From Octopus sinensis (Eukaryota): a stretch of 64,000 nucleotides of DNA. How positions within the stretch are numbered: the first letter of the stretch is position 1; each line of letters starts with the position of its first letter. Location of the stretch: positions 178,560,001-178,624,000 of the forward strand of contig NC_042998.1 of the NCBI RefSeq assembly GCF_006345805.1. Reading direction: 5' to 3'. Below are positions 38,453-51,334 of the stretch, piece after piece. A program made the position numbers and the translations under genes. The notes beneath the pieces were generated by a model, which saw nothing but the letters and a program-made list of their open reading frames with translations, did not search any database and was not told where the DNA came from.

Positions 38453-38598
38453 ATGATTTATAAAAACATGTGACATATTAATAAATATCTGTAAATATAA
38501 AACCATCCAGATTTCTGAGTACCTTATTTCTTTTAATACATAAAACCTGTACATCATCTCCAAACCTTCTAATATATGTGTGTGTGTGTGTGTGTGTA

Positions 38599-38785
38599 CA
38601 AGGGGGTAATGAAAAGTTCTTGGTTTTTGGTAATTAAAATTAAGGAGGATCAGTTAATTACGATTTTATTCAATATGTTCCCCTGTCAGATTCATACACT
38701 TATTGCAGTGGTCCTTCAGTTTTCTAATCCTTGTAAAAGAACGTGGAAGTTTGGGCCTCCAACAAAGCCTTTCACGATACCCTAA
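38599..38785 (-). mobile_element. Mariner 3'-end fragment
   Basis: TA|CAAGGGGGTAATGAAAAGTTC TIR; minus strand resembles the transposase C-terminus (G.YIE* region). Confidence 0.65.
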
Positions 38786-40329
38786 AAGTCAGAAATTTTT
38801 CAGTACCCAACCATTTGTGTGTATGTATACATGTGCGCACAAATATACACATATGCATAAGATATCAAAATGTTTACGTCATTATAGCTGATGCAATTGA
38901 AGCACGTCAGTTATGTCTTGTCTCTGGTTTCTGGATGGTGGGCCTCAGCATGAGTTGAACACAGTGTGAAGAATAAATACAACAATGATGATGATGATGA
39001 TGATGCCACCAATGATGACAACAACGAAGATGGCAAATATGGCAACTATGATGATGGTGACGATGATGATGAAGATGCAATGAGGACAACGATGATGAAG
39101 AGAATAGTGATGATAGTGATGGAAATGATGACAATGATGATGATGGTGATGATAATGCAAACAGCAAGGACAATGGCAATGATGGTTAGAGTGGAACAAA
39201 CAAGGAAGTAGGAAGATAATGTGATGATTGGTAATGAAACATTTAATAAATGTGAAGGAAAAGAGGATGGAAGTGAAAACATAAAAGAAACAAGCAAACA
39301 AAAAAAAAAATCATGTGGATTAGGTATTTGTGTAAAGAAATATTTGGTTGACAGGGCAAAGTGAGCAAGCTGAGGAAACCAGTGCAAACTGAAAAATGCA
39401 TTACAATAAACGGGAGAAACATGGGGTGACTCCAGAGTAAGTATGTGTGTGTGTAATAGAACACAGAAGGATAAAACAGGGCAAAGGAATATATAAAAGA
39501 GTAAAAGGAGAGCTGACAGAAAAGAAATAAGAATGATAAAAGTAAGAGAATACCATTGTGAGAATCACAAAACTGAAAACAGTTGTGTCTGTTCTGATAT
39601 TAAATGTAGAATGGCTACTGATAACAATTTCAGATATGGAGCTGATACAATGATTCTTTTATTTCACACAAGTCCCTAGATTCTAGTTGTTCACTAAATA
39701 ACAGGACAGTGGTAATGGATTTCTTGTCTAAAATTACTAGCAGTAGATAATGCCTCATTATCAACACAATGAACAATCAACCACTCAAAAACTTTCTCCA
39801 ATAACATTAAGAAAATATGCATTGTTATCTGATTATTTGGAGCTTCTCTAGTGTTAAATATTACAATGGCCTACAGTGACAACAACAATATTATACGTAC
39901 ACATATTATTTTTTATGCCTCTCGGTTTGTGTTTACATTTCTGTATTTGTATGTGTGATGTTTGTACATATATACATGCATGCATACATATATACATACG
40001 TACTGTGTGTGTGTAATGCAACATGGTTGATAAATAATATCAAAGGTATAAAAAAATATTCAGTATTTAATACTGAGATGTATTTATAAAGATATATTTG
40101 TATCACTTATATTTATAAAGCAACACGAGTTAACATATGTGGCCCACACAGAAAGTTGATGCATACTGCTTTTTAAAAACAAATATATTTAGAATTGAAA
40201 ACAGCAGAAATGCATAAATTTAACCAATGATTCAAACTTAAATTGTTTTTGATAGTTGTATCAATGGGATAAAATATCATCATAATTAATGAAATATGAA
40301 TTTCATTTAAATGAATTGTGAGTTAATTT

Positions 40330-41000
40330 GCACAATGATTTGTATCTTTGTGGTACCAGTGCCGACCTGGGACGTAGTCAGTCTACCTGTGCATACCTTC
40401 CTTCTTATGACACTTGTGAAGACCTGTTGAGGCAAGTATGTGACACTTGTGAAGACCTGTTGAGGCAAGTGAAAATCAAACCAAATCAAAATAGATGAAC
40501 ATCAATGGAATTTGTATTTTTGTGGTACCAGTGCCGGTGGCACACAAGAAAACCATCCGAACGTGGCCGTAGCCAGTACCGCATCGACTGGCCTCCGTGC
40601 TGTGGGCACGTAACAAACACCATCCGGGCACGTAACAAACACCATCCGATCGTGGCCGTTCGCCAGCCTCATCTGGCACTTGTGTCGGTGGCACATAAAA
40701 ACACCATCCGAGCGTGGCCGTCTGCCAGCCTCGTCTGGCACCTGTGTCGGTGGCACATAAAAAAAAAAACACCATCCGAGCGTGGCCGTTCGCCAGCCTC
40801 GTCTGGCACCTGTGTCGGTGGCACATAAAATCACCCACTACACTCTCGGAGTGGTTGGCGTTAGGAAGGGCATCCAGCTGTAGAAACACTGCCAGATCTG
40901 ACTGGCCTGGTGCAGCCTTCGGGCTCCCCAGACTCCAGTTGAACCGTCCAACCCATGCTAGCATGGAAAGCGGACGTTAAATGAGGATGATGATGATGAT
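40330..41000 (+). mobile_element. Long S2 copy with internal ~62-bp tandem repeat (about 5 units)
   Basis: Repeated GTG(C/T)CGGTGGCACATAAAAACACCATCCGAGCGTGGCCGT..GCCAGCCTCGTCTGGCACCT. Confidence 0.85.
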
Positions 41001-41224
41001 GATGATAACACATAAAAAAGTATCCATGCTAGTGACACATAAAAGATACCCATTATACTTTGTGGAGTGGTTGGTATTAGGAAGGGCATCCAGCCATAAA
41101 AACCAAGCCAAAATAGATTGGAACCTGGTGCTGCTCTCCAGCTTACCATCCCCAGCCAAACCATCTTACCCATGCTAGCATGGAAAACAGGTGCTAAATA
41201 ATAGTAGTAGTAATAATAATAATA

Positions 41225-41271
<47 letters not shown>

Positions 41272-42466
41272 GGTGGTGGTGGTGGTGGTGGTGTAAAGGA
41301 TAAATGTTTTTACTCCATTGAAACAGCTGTAGAAAACAAATTATGAATCAATTATATTTTCAGAAATTATGTCTATAGTGGGGTAAAATGAGCTACGACT
41401 AATTTCAACAATCTCTTCTCTTTAACTGCACGGTGTATAAATATATCAGGAAGTGAGCCACTCCAGCAGATAATGAAGATGCTACAGAGAATATCTTATG
41501 CTGTGTTTTTAGATTTAGTTGAGTTTCGTTAATTTCATATCATATACCATTTCTCCATGATCCTCTTTCATTTGCCCAAGATATTTTAAATTTTTGTTGC
41601 CTTTCTGACATCTAAGGATGGATACTGATGTGTATGAGTCTTTTTTCAAAAGTAATTCTGGAGAACTGAAGAGGAAAATTTACCATATTTTGTCCTACTC
41701 ATTTTGTCCCTCATAAATTTTTCTTTTATATGCTCAAAGAGAATGGAGATAATTTTCTGAAATAGTGTTCTTCATAAGTTATGATGTTTTTGAAGCATTT
41801 GGAGAAGGTCATTTACTTAGCTGATATAATCTTTGTCAGGTAGTAAACATTTGTAATACATATTTTTTCTCAAAGTCAAAACTGCAGTAAATATTACTCA
41901 TCATCCCCCCACCCACCCCCACACACACACACCTACTTTGCAGCAGTTTATTTGACAGCATAGTCTGCAATTCTTTTATTCTCCCAATGCCCTACTCATA
42001 ACTTTCTATGCATAACATACACCACAAACTTAAATAGTACCTGCTTTTTTCTTTTATTCTTTATCTCACTTAACATTGAACACTTGTACTTATTTCAGGT
42101 TGCTATTCACTTCCTCTGTTGTTCATGAAGCAAACAACTTTTTCATCTCTTTCTACTCTCAGTCAATGGACAAGAACATGAAATGTAAAACCTTCTTTTC
42201 CTCACTGCAATTAAACTTTTACCTACATTTCTTTAGATTTATTGCTGCCATTGCAAACCCTCACCAATTCCTATGGATTGAAGAATTTTCTTTATTATAT
42301 TTGGTACTCTACCAATTCTGCTAATTGAATAAATATATAAATGTATAAATATATAAATTGTGATTAAATATGATGAAACATTTTTACTGTTGGTTTTCAG
42401 ACAAGTTGTGGTGCACCTGAGCACTGTATACAATAATTTCATTATTATTATTATTATTATTATAGA

Positions 42467-42809
42467 ATGGTCATTTTTTTTTTCCAAATAAACATATGCA
42501 CTATCTATTTTCTCTTCACTCATTTATTACTGTTCTTATTTTATTATGCTAACTCATTCCATTGTCCAGAAATCTTTCATCACACATCTGTGACCTCTTC
42601 AGCAACACTTTTCGTTTTCATGTGTTCTTGCTCCACTTACTCTATTCTGTTCTTAGAATAGAGTAAGTGTTGCTGAAGAGGTCACAGATGTGTGACAAAA
42701 GATTTCTGGACAACAGACATAAGTTAGAATAAGAACAGTAACAAATGAGTGAAGAATGAATGTATAGAGCATGCGTTTATTTGGTAAAAAAAAAAAAAAA
42801 AGTGACCAT
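42467..42809. repeat. Fold-back inverted duplication (~145-bp arms) with inner 15-bp hairpin
   Basis: Arms 42467-42610 and 42665-42809; inner CACTTACTCTATTCT-gttctt-AGAATAGAGTAAGTG. Confidence 0.9.
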
Positions 42810-43399
42810 CCCAAAATACAACAATATCTGTTTCAATACACAATTTCACAACAGGAATCTTGCAAAACGAATTCATAAACATAACATTTTTACTATTCTC
42901 ATAAAATATTTGATCATTCATCTCTAAGCAAAATATGACCTGAAAATATTAATCATCCATTTATTGTTTATATACACTTTTCCTATTACTAAATAAAACT
43001 TAAAGAAAAGGGCCCCCCCCTCTCTCTCTCTCTCTCTCTTCCTGCTCCTTTTCCTTTTTTCCTTTCCCTCTCCACCTTTCTCTTCACCCTCTTTCCCTTC
43101 TCTCTCTCTTCTTTCCTCCTTCTCTATCTCAACTTTTTTATTTGCTTCTGTCATTAGACTGCGACCATGCTGGGGCACTGCCTTGGAGAGTTATAGTTGA
43201 ATGAATCAACCCCAGTACTTTTTTTAATATTTTCTAAGCCTGATACTTATTCTATCAGCCTCTTTTGCCAAACTGCTAAGTCACAGGGACATAAACACAC
43301 CAACACCAGTTGTCTAGCAGTGGTGGAGGGCAAACACACACAAAGACACAGACACACATAGACATATATACATACATATATATATGTATATATATGTAT

Positions 43400-43470
<71 letters not shown>

Positions 43471-43536
43471 ACACAGACACACATAAACATATATACATAC
43501 ATATATATATGTATATATATGTATATATATATATAT

Positions 43537-43569
<33 letters not shown>

Positions 43570-43724
43570 ATGCAAAAACATTTGAGTATTCACACACGAG
43601 GTAAGATATCACTACTGTTAATATCATCTGCATTCAATATTTTTAAATGATAATATTAACCGCAGTAATATTATTGGTTCAGTAGGTCTAATAGTATTTT
43701 ATAGCTATAAAATTTTATGTTAGT

Positions 43725-43910
43725 ACAAGGCATGAGGATGCGGAAACAGCATCGACCTGTTTAGAAATAGGAGCTAAATTCCTAATTCAACCACTGGAAA
43801 GTGGTTTTTCTGTTGTTTTTCTGTTATTTGGTGCTTTCTGGTGGTTGAATTAAGAATTTAGCTCCTATTTCTAAACAGGTTGATGCTGTTTCCGCATCCC
43901 AATGCCTTGT
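43725..43910. repeat. Hairpin/MITE-like inverted repeat (~77-bp arms, ~32-nt spacer)
   Basis: ACAAGGCATGAGGATGCGGAAACAGCATC..GAAAG / CTTTC..GATGCTGTTTCCGCATCCCAATGCCTTGT, with a handful of mismatches. Confidence 0.9.
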
Positions 43911-46384
43911 GTTAACTTTAAATACATACACACACACACACACAACAGGCTTCTTTCAGTTTCTGTCTACCAAATCCACTCACAAGGCTTTGGTCAAGTC
44001 CGATGCTATAATAGAAGACTCTTGCCCAGAACCATATGGTTGGGAAGCAGGCTTCTTACCACACAGCCACTCCTGCACCTATGTATCATTATTTAAAATC
44101 TGTCTTCTATATTGGCATGGGTCAGATGGTTTGACTGGATCCAAGTTACAGAGCTGCATCATGTCCCATTGTCTGCTTGGCATGGTTTCTATGGCTGGGT
44201 GCTCTTTCCTGATGCCAATCAACACAGATGCATCCCTCAGGTTCTTTGGTATATGTAATTTGCCCCTGAGTTTAAAACGTTTCCCTTCCTTTCTATAAAT
44301 AGAGCAACATCTTTGTTGTGTTCAAAAAGAAAGTTCTGTGCTATTTCCTGTTTTTGATTTGCTGTTCTTTTTACTAACAATATACGTATTATAATGACTG
44401 TTTGAAATGTAAACAATATTTCTCATTTAGAACAAATTGTCATAAAAGGTGCAATTTTGGTGACTATGACATGATTGTAAATTGGTTTTCAAGTCAGCCA
44501 GGTAAGTAGGTCATTTCAGTCTCTTTTATTCACTCTTCAATGCTTTATGAGAATATTTTACAGTAAAGTTAAAGCAAGTAATATTGAAATGAAGGAGAAG
44601 AAAAGAACAAAAGAAAAAGTGTAGGGGGAGGATGAGAAAAGAAAGAATAAAAAGTTGTATATTATAAATACAGATAGTACCTTTTGGCTATTTTATTCCT
44701 TTTATAAGTAATTAGTTTCTGCTCTAGTTTCTAGTTAGTGTCCTGTCGCAAAGCATAATTTAAAAATAAATAAATAGATAAATGAAAAGTAAAAAAATAA
44801 ACAAACATGACAATGTGTAAGCTAGGGTTTTTCAAGATTTGTATTTATTTACATACAAAATTTGTATTTATTTTCATACAAAAGTAAGGAATGCTAAAGA
44901 ATAGAGGTAGACTTCTAGCATGGTGGATCTGTAACCCAGTTTTCATTTTCATTTGGGCTTATTTTATCTCTTTTATGCCCTCAGAAAAACATTAGACTCT
45001 CAATTTCCTGTATCCATTTAGCATTATTTAAAAGGGCCTTTGTCCTTCTGCAAAATATACCAGTGTCTCCTTTTAGATCAACAAGACTGTCACAAGTTTA
45101 GATTCCTAGTGAAAACCATCTCACTTTGCTAATGTGTTGACTAAAGCATGAATAAGGTACAATATCGGTTTAAGTGGCTAACACAATAGAGCAAAGGTAA
45201 GGCTCTGACCTTAAGTTAAGTGTATGACTCAAATTTGATTCCCAATTGTAGCAATTCTACTCATATTGCTTCATAAAATCAATTCACCCCCTACATAGGT
45301 CCGAGGCTTTATACCTATATATGAAATCAATATTTTCTCCCAAAAGTAGGCTGTGTGTACAGTTGATACAGCAAAGCATTAAACTAAATAAAGCATTTAT
45401 TTTTGTCACGATACACTATGACTAAATGTTACTGGGGTCAACTGTTATCCCTCTAGGGTCAATAAAATAAGTACTTGCTATTTGCTTGAGTTAATTCATT
45501 CATTCTTCAACAAAAATCAGCCTTGTGCCTAAACAAAAGAAAGATTTTCTTCCTAATGGATATGACAAGATTACAGAGATTAAACATCCATCTGTAAACA
45601 GTATTCTCATCAAATGATTGCCATATTAAACTATTGCAGGTGTTAGGTAGTGCAACATACTGTGTGACTGATATTATTCAGGCAACTGTCATGAGAATAA
45701 CAATGATTTTAGTAGACTAGTGTTAGCTATAGGGTTGACAACAATAATATAGAAAACATTAAATATGTTTTTTTTAAAAACTCTTTAAGGGTTGATTGGT
45801 TCTTCCTGTTTTTAACAATTTTCATTTTTGTTGCTATTATTGACATATTTACCCCTACATCTATTATCTACTAGCTCTCACATTTACATAATGTTTGAGA
45901 GGGCCTTTTTTTTTTACAGTTGACTGCATCTCCTATTACTAACCAGTCAACTAGAGAGGAAGTAACTCTGACAAAGCAAACTGAGGCAATCATAAAATTG
46001 TGTCTTGCTAAAAGGCATAGCATAAAGACCAAACCAGTGACTACAAAATTAGTTAACTGACTTCAGTTACACACATTTGCATAATTAGAGAAAATAGATG
46101 GTCAAGTTTGTAGGGTACAACACAAACGCAACAAAAAAATCAGGGGCCCACACCTATCACTGGCATTGTGTTGTAAATGTTGATGAGATGCTTAGCTGTT
46201 GATGATATTACAGTATGGCATAATTTACCATAGCAAGCAATAGAATTACTAGGTATCTCTTTGGTTTGCATTGCAGAATTTAGAAGGTATCAGTAATGAA
46301 TGAATGACTGGTTCCAATTCACACAAACTCGTGTGATTTGACAACACACACTCAAATCAGTCTTAAGTTAGTTTTCACATCTAC

Positions 46385-46475
<91 letters not shown>

Positions 46476-46496
46476 CATATATATATACACATATAC

Positions 46497-46938
46497 AGGT
46501 ATGGCTGTGTAGTAAGAAGCCTGGTTCCCAACCACATGGTTCCAGGTTCATTTCCACGGCATGGCACCTTAGGCAAGTGTCTTCTAATATAGTCTCAGGT
46601 TGAGCAAAGCCTTGTGAGTGGATTTGGTAGATAGAAACTGAAAGAAGCTGGTTGTGTATATATATATTTGTATGTACACACACACACACGTGTGTGTATC
46701 TATGTGTGTGTGTGTGTGTTTTTGTGTCCATGTTTGTCTTCCACCACTGCTTGACAACTGATTTTGGTGTGTTTACATCTCCCATAACTTAGCAGTTTGG
46801 CAAAACAGAACAATAGAATAAGTACCGAGCTTTAAAAAAAAGAAGTCCTGGGGTCAATTTGTTTTACAAAAACCCTTCAAGGCATGGCCCAGCATGGCCA
46901 CAGTCAGATGACTGAAACAAGTAAAAGATAAAAAGATA
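46497..46938 (+). mobile_element. SINE S1 (diverged)
   Basis: Family head, core and tail. Confidence 0.8.
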
Positions 46939-47731
46939 AACAATATATGTAGCCTATTGTCTACAAAACAACATCCCACCTATGTTAGAGTGGAAGATTG
47001 AATGCTAAACAAAGCATCTACAAATGATGGAGTGGCAGAATCATTAGAGCATTGAATAAAATGCTTTGCAATATTTAATTATGGCATTTTACAAACTGAG
47101 TTCTAGTTCTGATGCAGTCAACTTTGTTTTACATCCTGCTGATGTCAACAAAATAAAGTATCAATCAAATACTGAGGTTGGTTGCTATTCATATCATACA
47201 GCCTAGACATGAATGGAAGTCTTTTCACTTCTGGTATAGATTTTTATTCTTTGGTTCTTTTATACAGAAATATAGATTGCTAAGTGGATTGAGTACTGAA
47301 CGACCCGCTAAGAAGTTGGCAGTTCTTATTCTTACATTGTTACTATGTTGTAGTTTGTAGTCTCATTACTTTGCTCTCAATGACTGAGTTCTTAGGAAGT
47401 GCAACGTATATCATTGTAAGTAGTTTCAATGTGGATAAATACTGTGCCAAGTTCAATTCTAATCACTGGAAGAGCTACTTGCTACAGGCTGTTGTCCCAT
47501 CCTGGAGAAGCTTTCATTGACATTTACTTAATGCTATAGCAACTAGAGTTGAGCATTGACTCCCCAGAACCTCTTGATTTTCAAGAAAGTTATTCTTTTA
47601 CATCCATTTTCTAGATGAGTTCTGTTAGATTACGTTTTAAAATTTCATTATTACTATTATTATTATTATCATTATTATTATTATTATTATCATCATCATT
47701 GTTGTTGTTGTTGTTGTGGTTGTTATTATTA

Positions 47732-47782
<51 letters not shown>

Positions 47783-48641
47783 GTTTCCTTCTTTCTTCAA
47801 ATTTTCTTCTGTTTCTCGCCGAGTGTTTTCCATACACCTAGGGCAGAGAAGCTCATTGTATGCATTCCCAGATTACACATGCAAATTCACTGGTAAAATA
47901 TGTATTTAAAAAATTAATAAATAAATAAATTCATGAATGGATGTTGTTTTCACAGTGATAATGCTCTTCTCAGTACATAAATTGTTCCAGTTAACATGAT
48001 TTTTTGCACTTCCTGTAGGGATGGTAACCCTGGTATCATTTTCAAATAGGTTTCAGTACCTTTTTTTATCATTCCTAGAGATCCTACAATCACTGGTACT
48101 GTAGTCGCCTTGAGATGCCACACTTTTTCAATTTCTATTAGCAAGTCTTTAAATTTACTGATCTTGTCAAATTCGTTTGCCACTATATTGTGATTGCAAG
48201 GAATACTCATGTCAATTAATAAACACACCTTTTTTGTTTGATCTTTTAGAATAATATCCAGTTTATTAGCTTTTATAGTTTTGTCGTTATGTACGGGCAA
48301 GTTCCAGAGAATCGATACATTTTCTCCCTCAGTCACAGCTTCAGGAGGGTGTTTATACCATTTGTCAGCGGTTTTGATTTTATAATGCCGACATATTGTC
48401 CAGTGTAAATACTAGCCGACTCTGTCATGTCTTGCTTTATATTCTGCAGGTGCTAAGACTCTACACCCTGAGATTAGGTGGTCTATAGTTTCAATCTCGT
48501 ACAGAATCGGCATTTTGGGTCAGCTCCATTTTTTTATCACATTGGCTTGGTAGTTCCGGGTTAATAAGCTTTGGTCTTGAGCAGCTAATATGAAACTTTC
48601 ACTCTCTGCTTTTAGCCCTGAGCTTCGTAACCATTGGTGTT
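47783..48641 (-). mobile_element. 5'-truncated Dong/R4-clade LINE (CCHC knuckle, RLE, 3' UTR) within (TAA)n
   Basis: KHQWLRSSGLKAESESFILAAQDQSL.TRNY; CRFC..ETIDHLISGC; RHD; NKLDIILKD..LIDMSIP..K..KFKDL; two frameshifts and one stop; (TAA)n at both junctions. Confidence 0.92.
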
Positions 48642-49924
48642 TATTATTATTATTATTATTATTTATTATTATTATTATTATTATTATTGGTGTTGTAATT
48701 TTGCTTTCTTTTTGAGCAAATTTTGACATTTGTATATCAAAGGAATATTAATCATATGGTTCAATGCTATTTTTATTGCTAACTGTAGCATGAGATTAGT
48801 ATCTAATTTTAGTAAAATAAAATGAGCAGTTAATAAAATGGTAGAGTGAAATTAAAAGGGAATTTAGCTGCTACTTCTACCAGGTTGCATGGCTGCATAA
48901 GGCTCTTTCATTGAAGAACAACAGACTTTAAACTCATGACCAATCTTATAAGTAATTTTCACTATAGTGCATATTTTATAGATAAATTGGTGAAAGAGTT
49001 ATTTAGCCCAAATCAGCAAAAAAAAACCCCAGTTGCCTGACCTTTTTATTACTGAGTTTGAGTAGTATTATAGGAAGGATATATCTTGTACAATTTAATG
49101 TTAGATAGGAGCATTCAAATCATCACATGTTTCTCTTGCTTGTTTTGATATTATTCAACATTTGGACTGCTGTTTCATTTGAGAAGATAGCTAGGATTGC
49201 TTTTGTAAGAATTTTAGCATCAAATTTTTTGAGAATTCTGTTTCACACTTTCACCTGTTCAAAGTCAGAATGTTTATTCACATTTATGTACAATTTCTTT
49301 TAAATCAAGCTCTAAATACAGTTTGCATTCAAATAGGATTGGATTGGAAGTTAACTAACTATATTACTAGATCATAAAATCCAACTACACAAACACATCT
49401 AATTTCAAATTTGAGATTCATTAGGGTATTTTATAAACTGTATTGATTTCTTTAACTTCAAAAGAAAACTGTTCTGTTGTTGCCCCTGAAACTTCTATAA
49501 ATAGTTTTGCATGTTAAAGGTTCTGCGAACGGTATCTTCAAAAAATTTCTTTGATTTTGTGAAGATTTTGAAACATACTTTCTAAATCTCCTTGAAATAT
49601 TTTTTGTTTTTTATCTTTTACTTGTTTCATTCATTTAATTGTGGCCATGCTGGGGCACTGACTTGAATTTTTAGCCAAATGAATCGACCCCAGTACTTCT
49701 TTTTTAAGCCTGGTATTTATTCCATCAGTCTCTTTTACTGAACCACTAAGTTATAGGGATGCAAACACATCAACAGCGGTTGTCAAACGGTGGGGGGGGG
49801 AACAAAAACAAACACAAAGACACACACACTTAGATATACATGCATACATACATACATACACACATATAAACATATATATATATACAAATATATACATATA
49901 TATATGTACATATATATGTTATTT

Positions 49925-50155
49925 ATAGGCGGCAAGCTGGCAGAAACGTTAGCGCGCCGGACGAAATGCATAGCCGTATTTCGTCTGTCGTTACATTCTG
50001 AGTTCAAATTCCACCGAGGTTGACTTTGCCTTTCATCCTCTCGGGGTCGATAAATAAAGTACCAGTTTCGCACTGGATCGATGTAGTCAACTCAATCCCT
50101 TTCTCTGTCCTTGTTTGTCCCCTCTATGTTTAGCCCCTTGTGGGTAGTAAAGAAA
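49925..50155 (+). mobile_element. SINE S3, long-tail subtype
   Basis: As 26205-26425. Confidence 0.8.
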
Positions 50156-50454
50156 TATATATATGTTATTTAGAGATAGTAGTCCCCTTCATCCCACCAT
50201 ATAAAAGAATTTTAATTTTTTACTTACTACTCATTTCTCTGCTACATGTGTTTCTTGAAGTTCTTTTACAGTTCCTTAAGCATGCAGTGTTTTACAGGAA
50301 CATTTCTTGAAATGTAACCCCAATCATCAGGCCTCTAAATAACTTTATCATAGTTCGATACCAAATACTATATTTTAATTTTAACAGATAAGTATGCGTA
50401 TGTGTAAATAGGTTCGCCAGACCTTACTGTGCAAAAAAAAATTAATAAAAAAAA

Positions 50455-50850
50455 CATGGTATGGTGATCTCATATCAAAATAAACAGTGCATGACCTTGC
50501 AGATGGAGCCCAGTTAGAATTTTCTTCTGGTCGAGTAGCCCATCCCACTCAAAAGCCCCTGAATAAGGATTGTTTAAGGATGTTGAACGAACCACCCATG
50601 TTTCCGAAGGTGAATTATCCAAACCTCTAAGAATTCCTCTCAACACATGCCTATGATGATCCCCCACTACTTCTGGGACATGGTCAACTGATTAAGGTCA
50701 AACAGCTGACAAGCAAATCTGTGGTATTGAGCAGAATATTTTCTGTAGCCCATCTTTTATACCAAGACAAAACAATGTACATGATAACACTTCCAATCAG
50801 TTAAGATCAGAAGCCATGAGAATCACTGTCTGGTATTGCATCACGGCATT
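50455..50850 (-). mobile_element. Family T element lacking its 3' end
   Basis: Homologous to 31550-31975. Confidence 0.75.
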
Positions 50851-50885
50851 TCATTATCATCATCATCATCATCATCACCACCACC

Positions 50886-50916
<31 letters not shown>

Positions 50917-50925
50917 CCATCATCA

Positions 50926-51255
50926 TTCAGGTCACTGCTTGGAATTGAACTTGGAATCTTGGGGTTAGTAGCTCACACTTTTAACCACTACGCCATATTC
51001 CCAGGCAACTAACCCCAAGATTCCGAGTTCGATTCCAGGCAGTGACCCGAATAATAATAATAATGATAATATCGAAAAATATCTTAGGAATGAGAATCCA
51101 GGCTCGAAATTTCCCCAAGACACCTGATGAAGGCTGGAAAGTATATCAGCCGAAACATTGTGTTAACAACAAACAAGATGAGGACAAATATCTGTCAAAT
51201 GTAAATAGTGTAAATAATGTACATAATTCCTCATCTCTTAAATATAGAACTGTTA
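50926..51255 (+). mobile_element. Second locus of the tRNA-head/hammerhead element (inverted head plus full forward arm)
   Basis: Inverted pair 50926-50968 / 51008-51051; then (AAT)n, CCCCAAGACACCTGATGA.. and terminus AAATATAGAACTGTT. Confidence 0.85.
51119..51164 (+). ncRNA. Minimal type I hammerhead ribozyme motif (Penelope-type)
   Basis: GACAC-CTGATGA-A-GGCTG-GAAAGTATAT-CAGCC-GAAA-CATT-GTGTT. Confidence 0.75.
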
Positions 51256-51334
51256 CATGGTGTGTGTCACAACAGCAGTTTTTTTTTTTTTGTATGAACA
51301 TTTTGCATTATATAGTTCAGAGATGGATGACATA

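Noticed and set aside
40476-40980. Overlapping 88-162-aa ORFs and regularly spaced repeats, superficially CRISPR-like
   Set aside because: These are contiguous tandem units within an S2 SINE, with no unique spacers and no cas genes, in eukaryotic repeat context.
44431-44501. Plus-strand AG..GTAAGT segment encoding TNCHKRCNFGDYDMIVNWFSSQP (C1-domain-like NCHKRC)
   Set aside because: Only a 6-residue match; the following residues do not fit a C1 domain and there are no supporting neighbouring exons.
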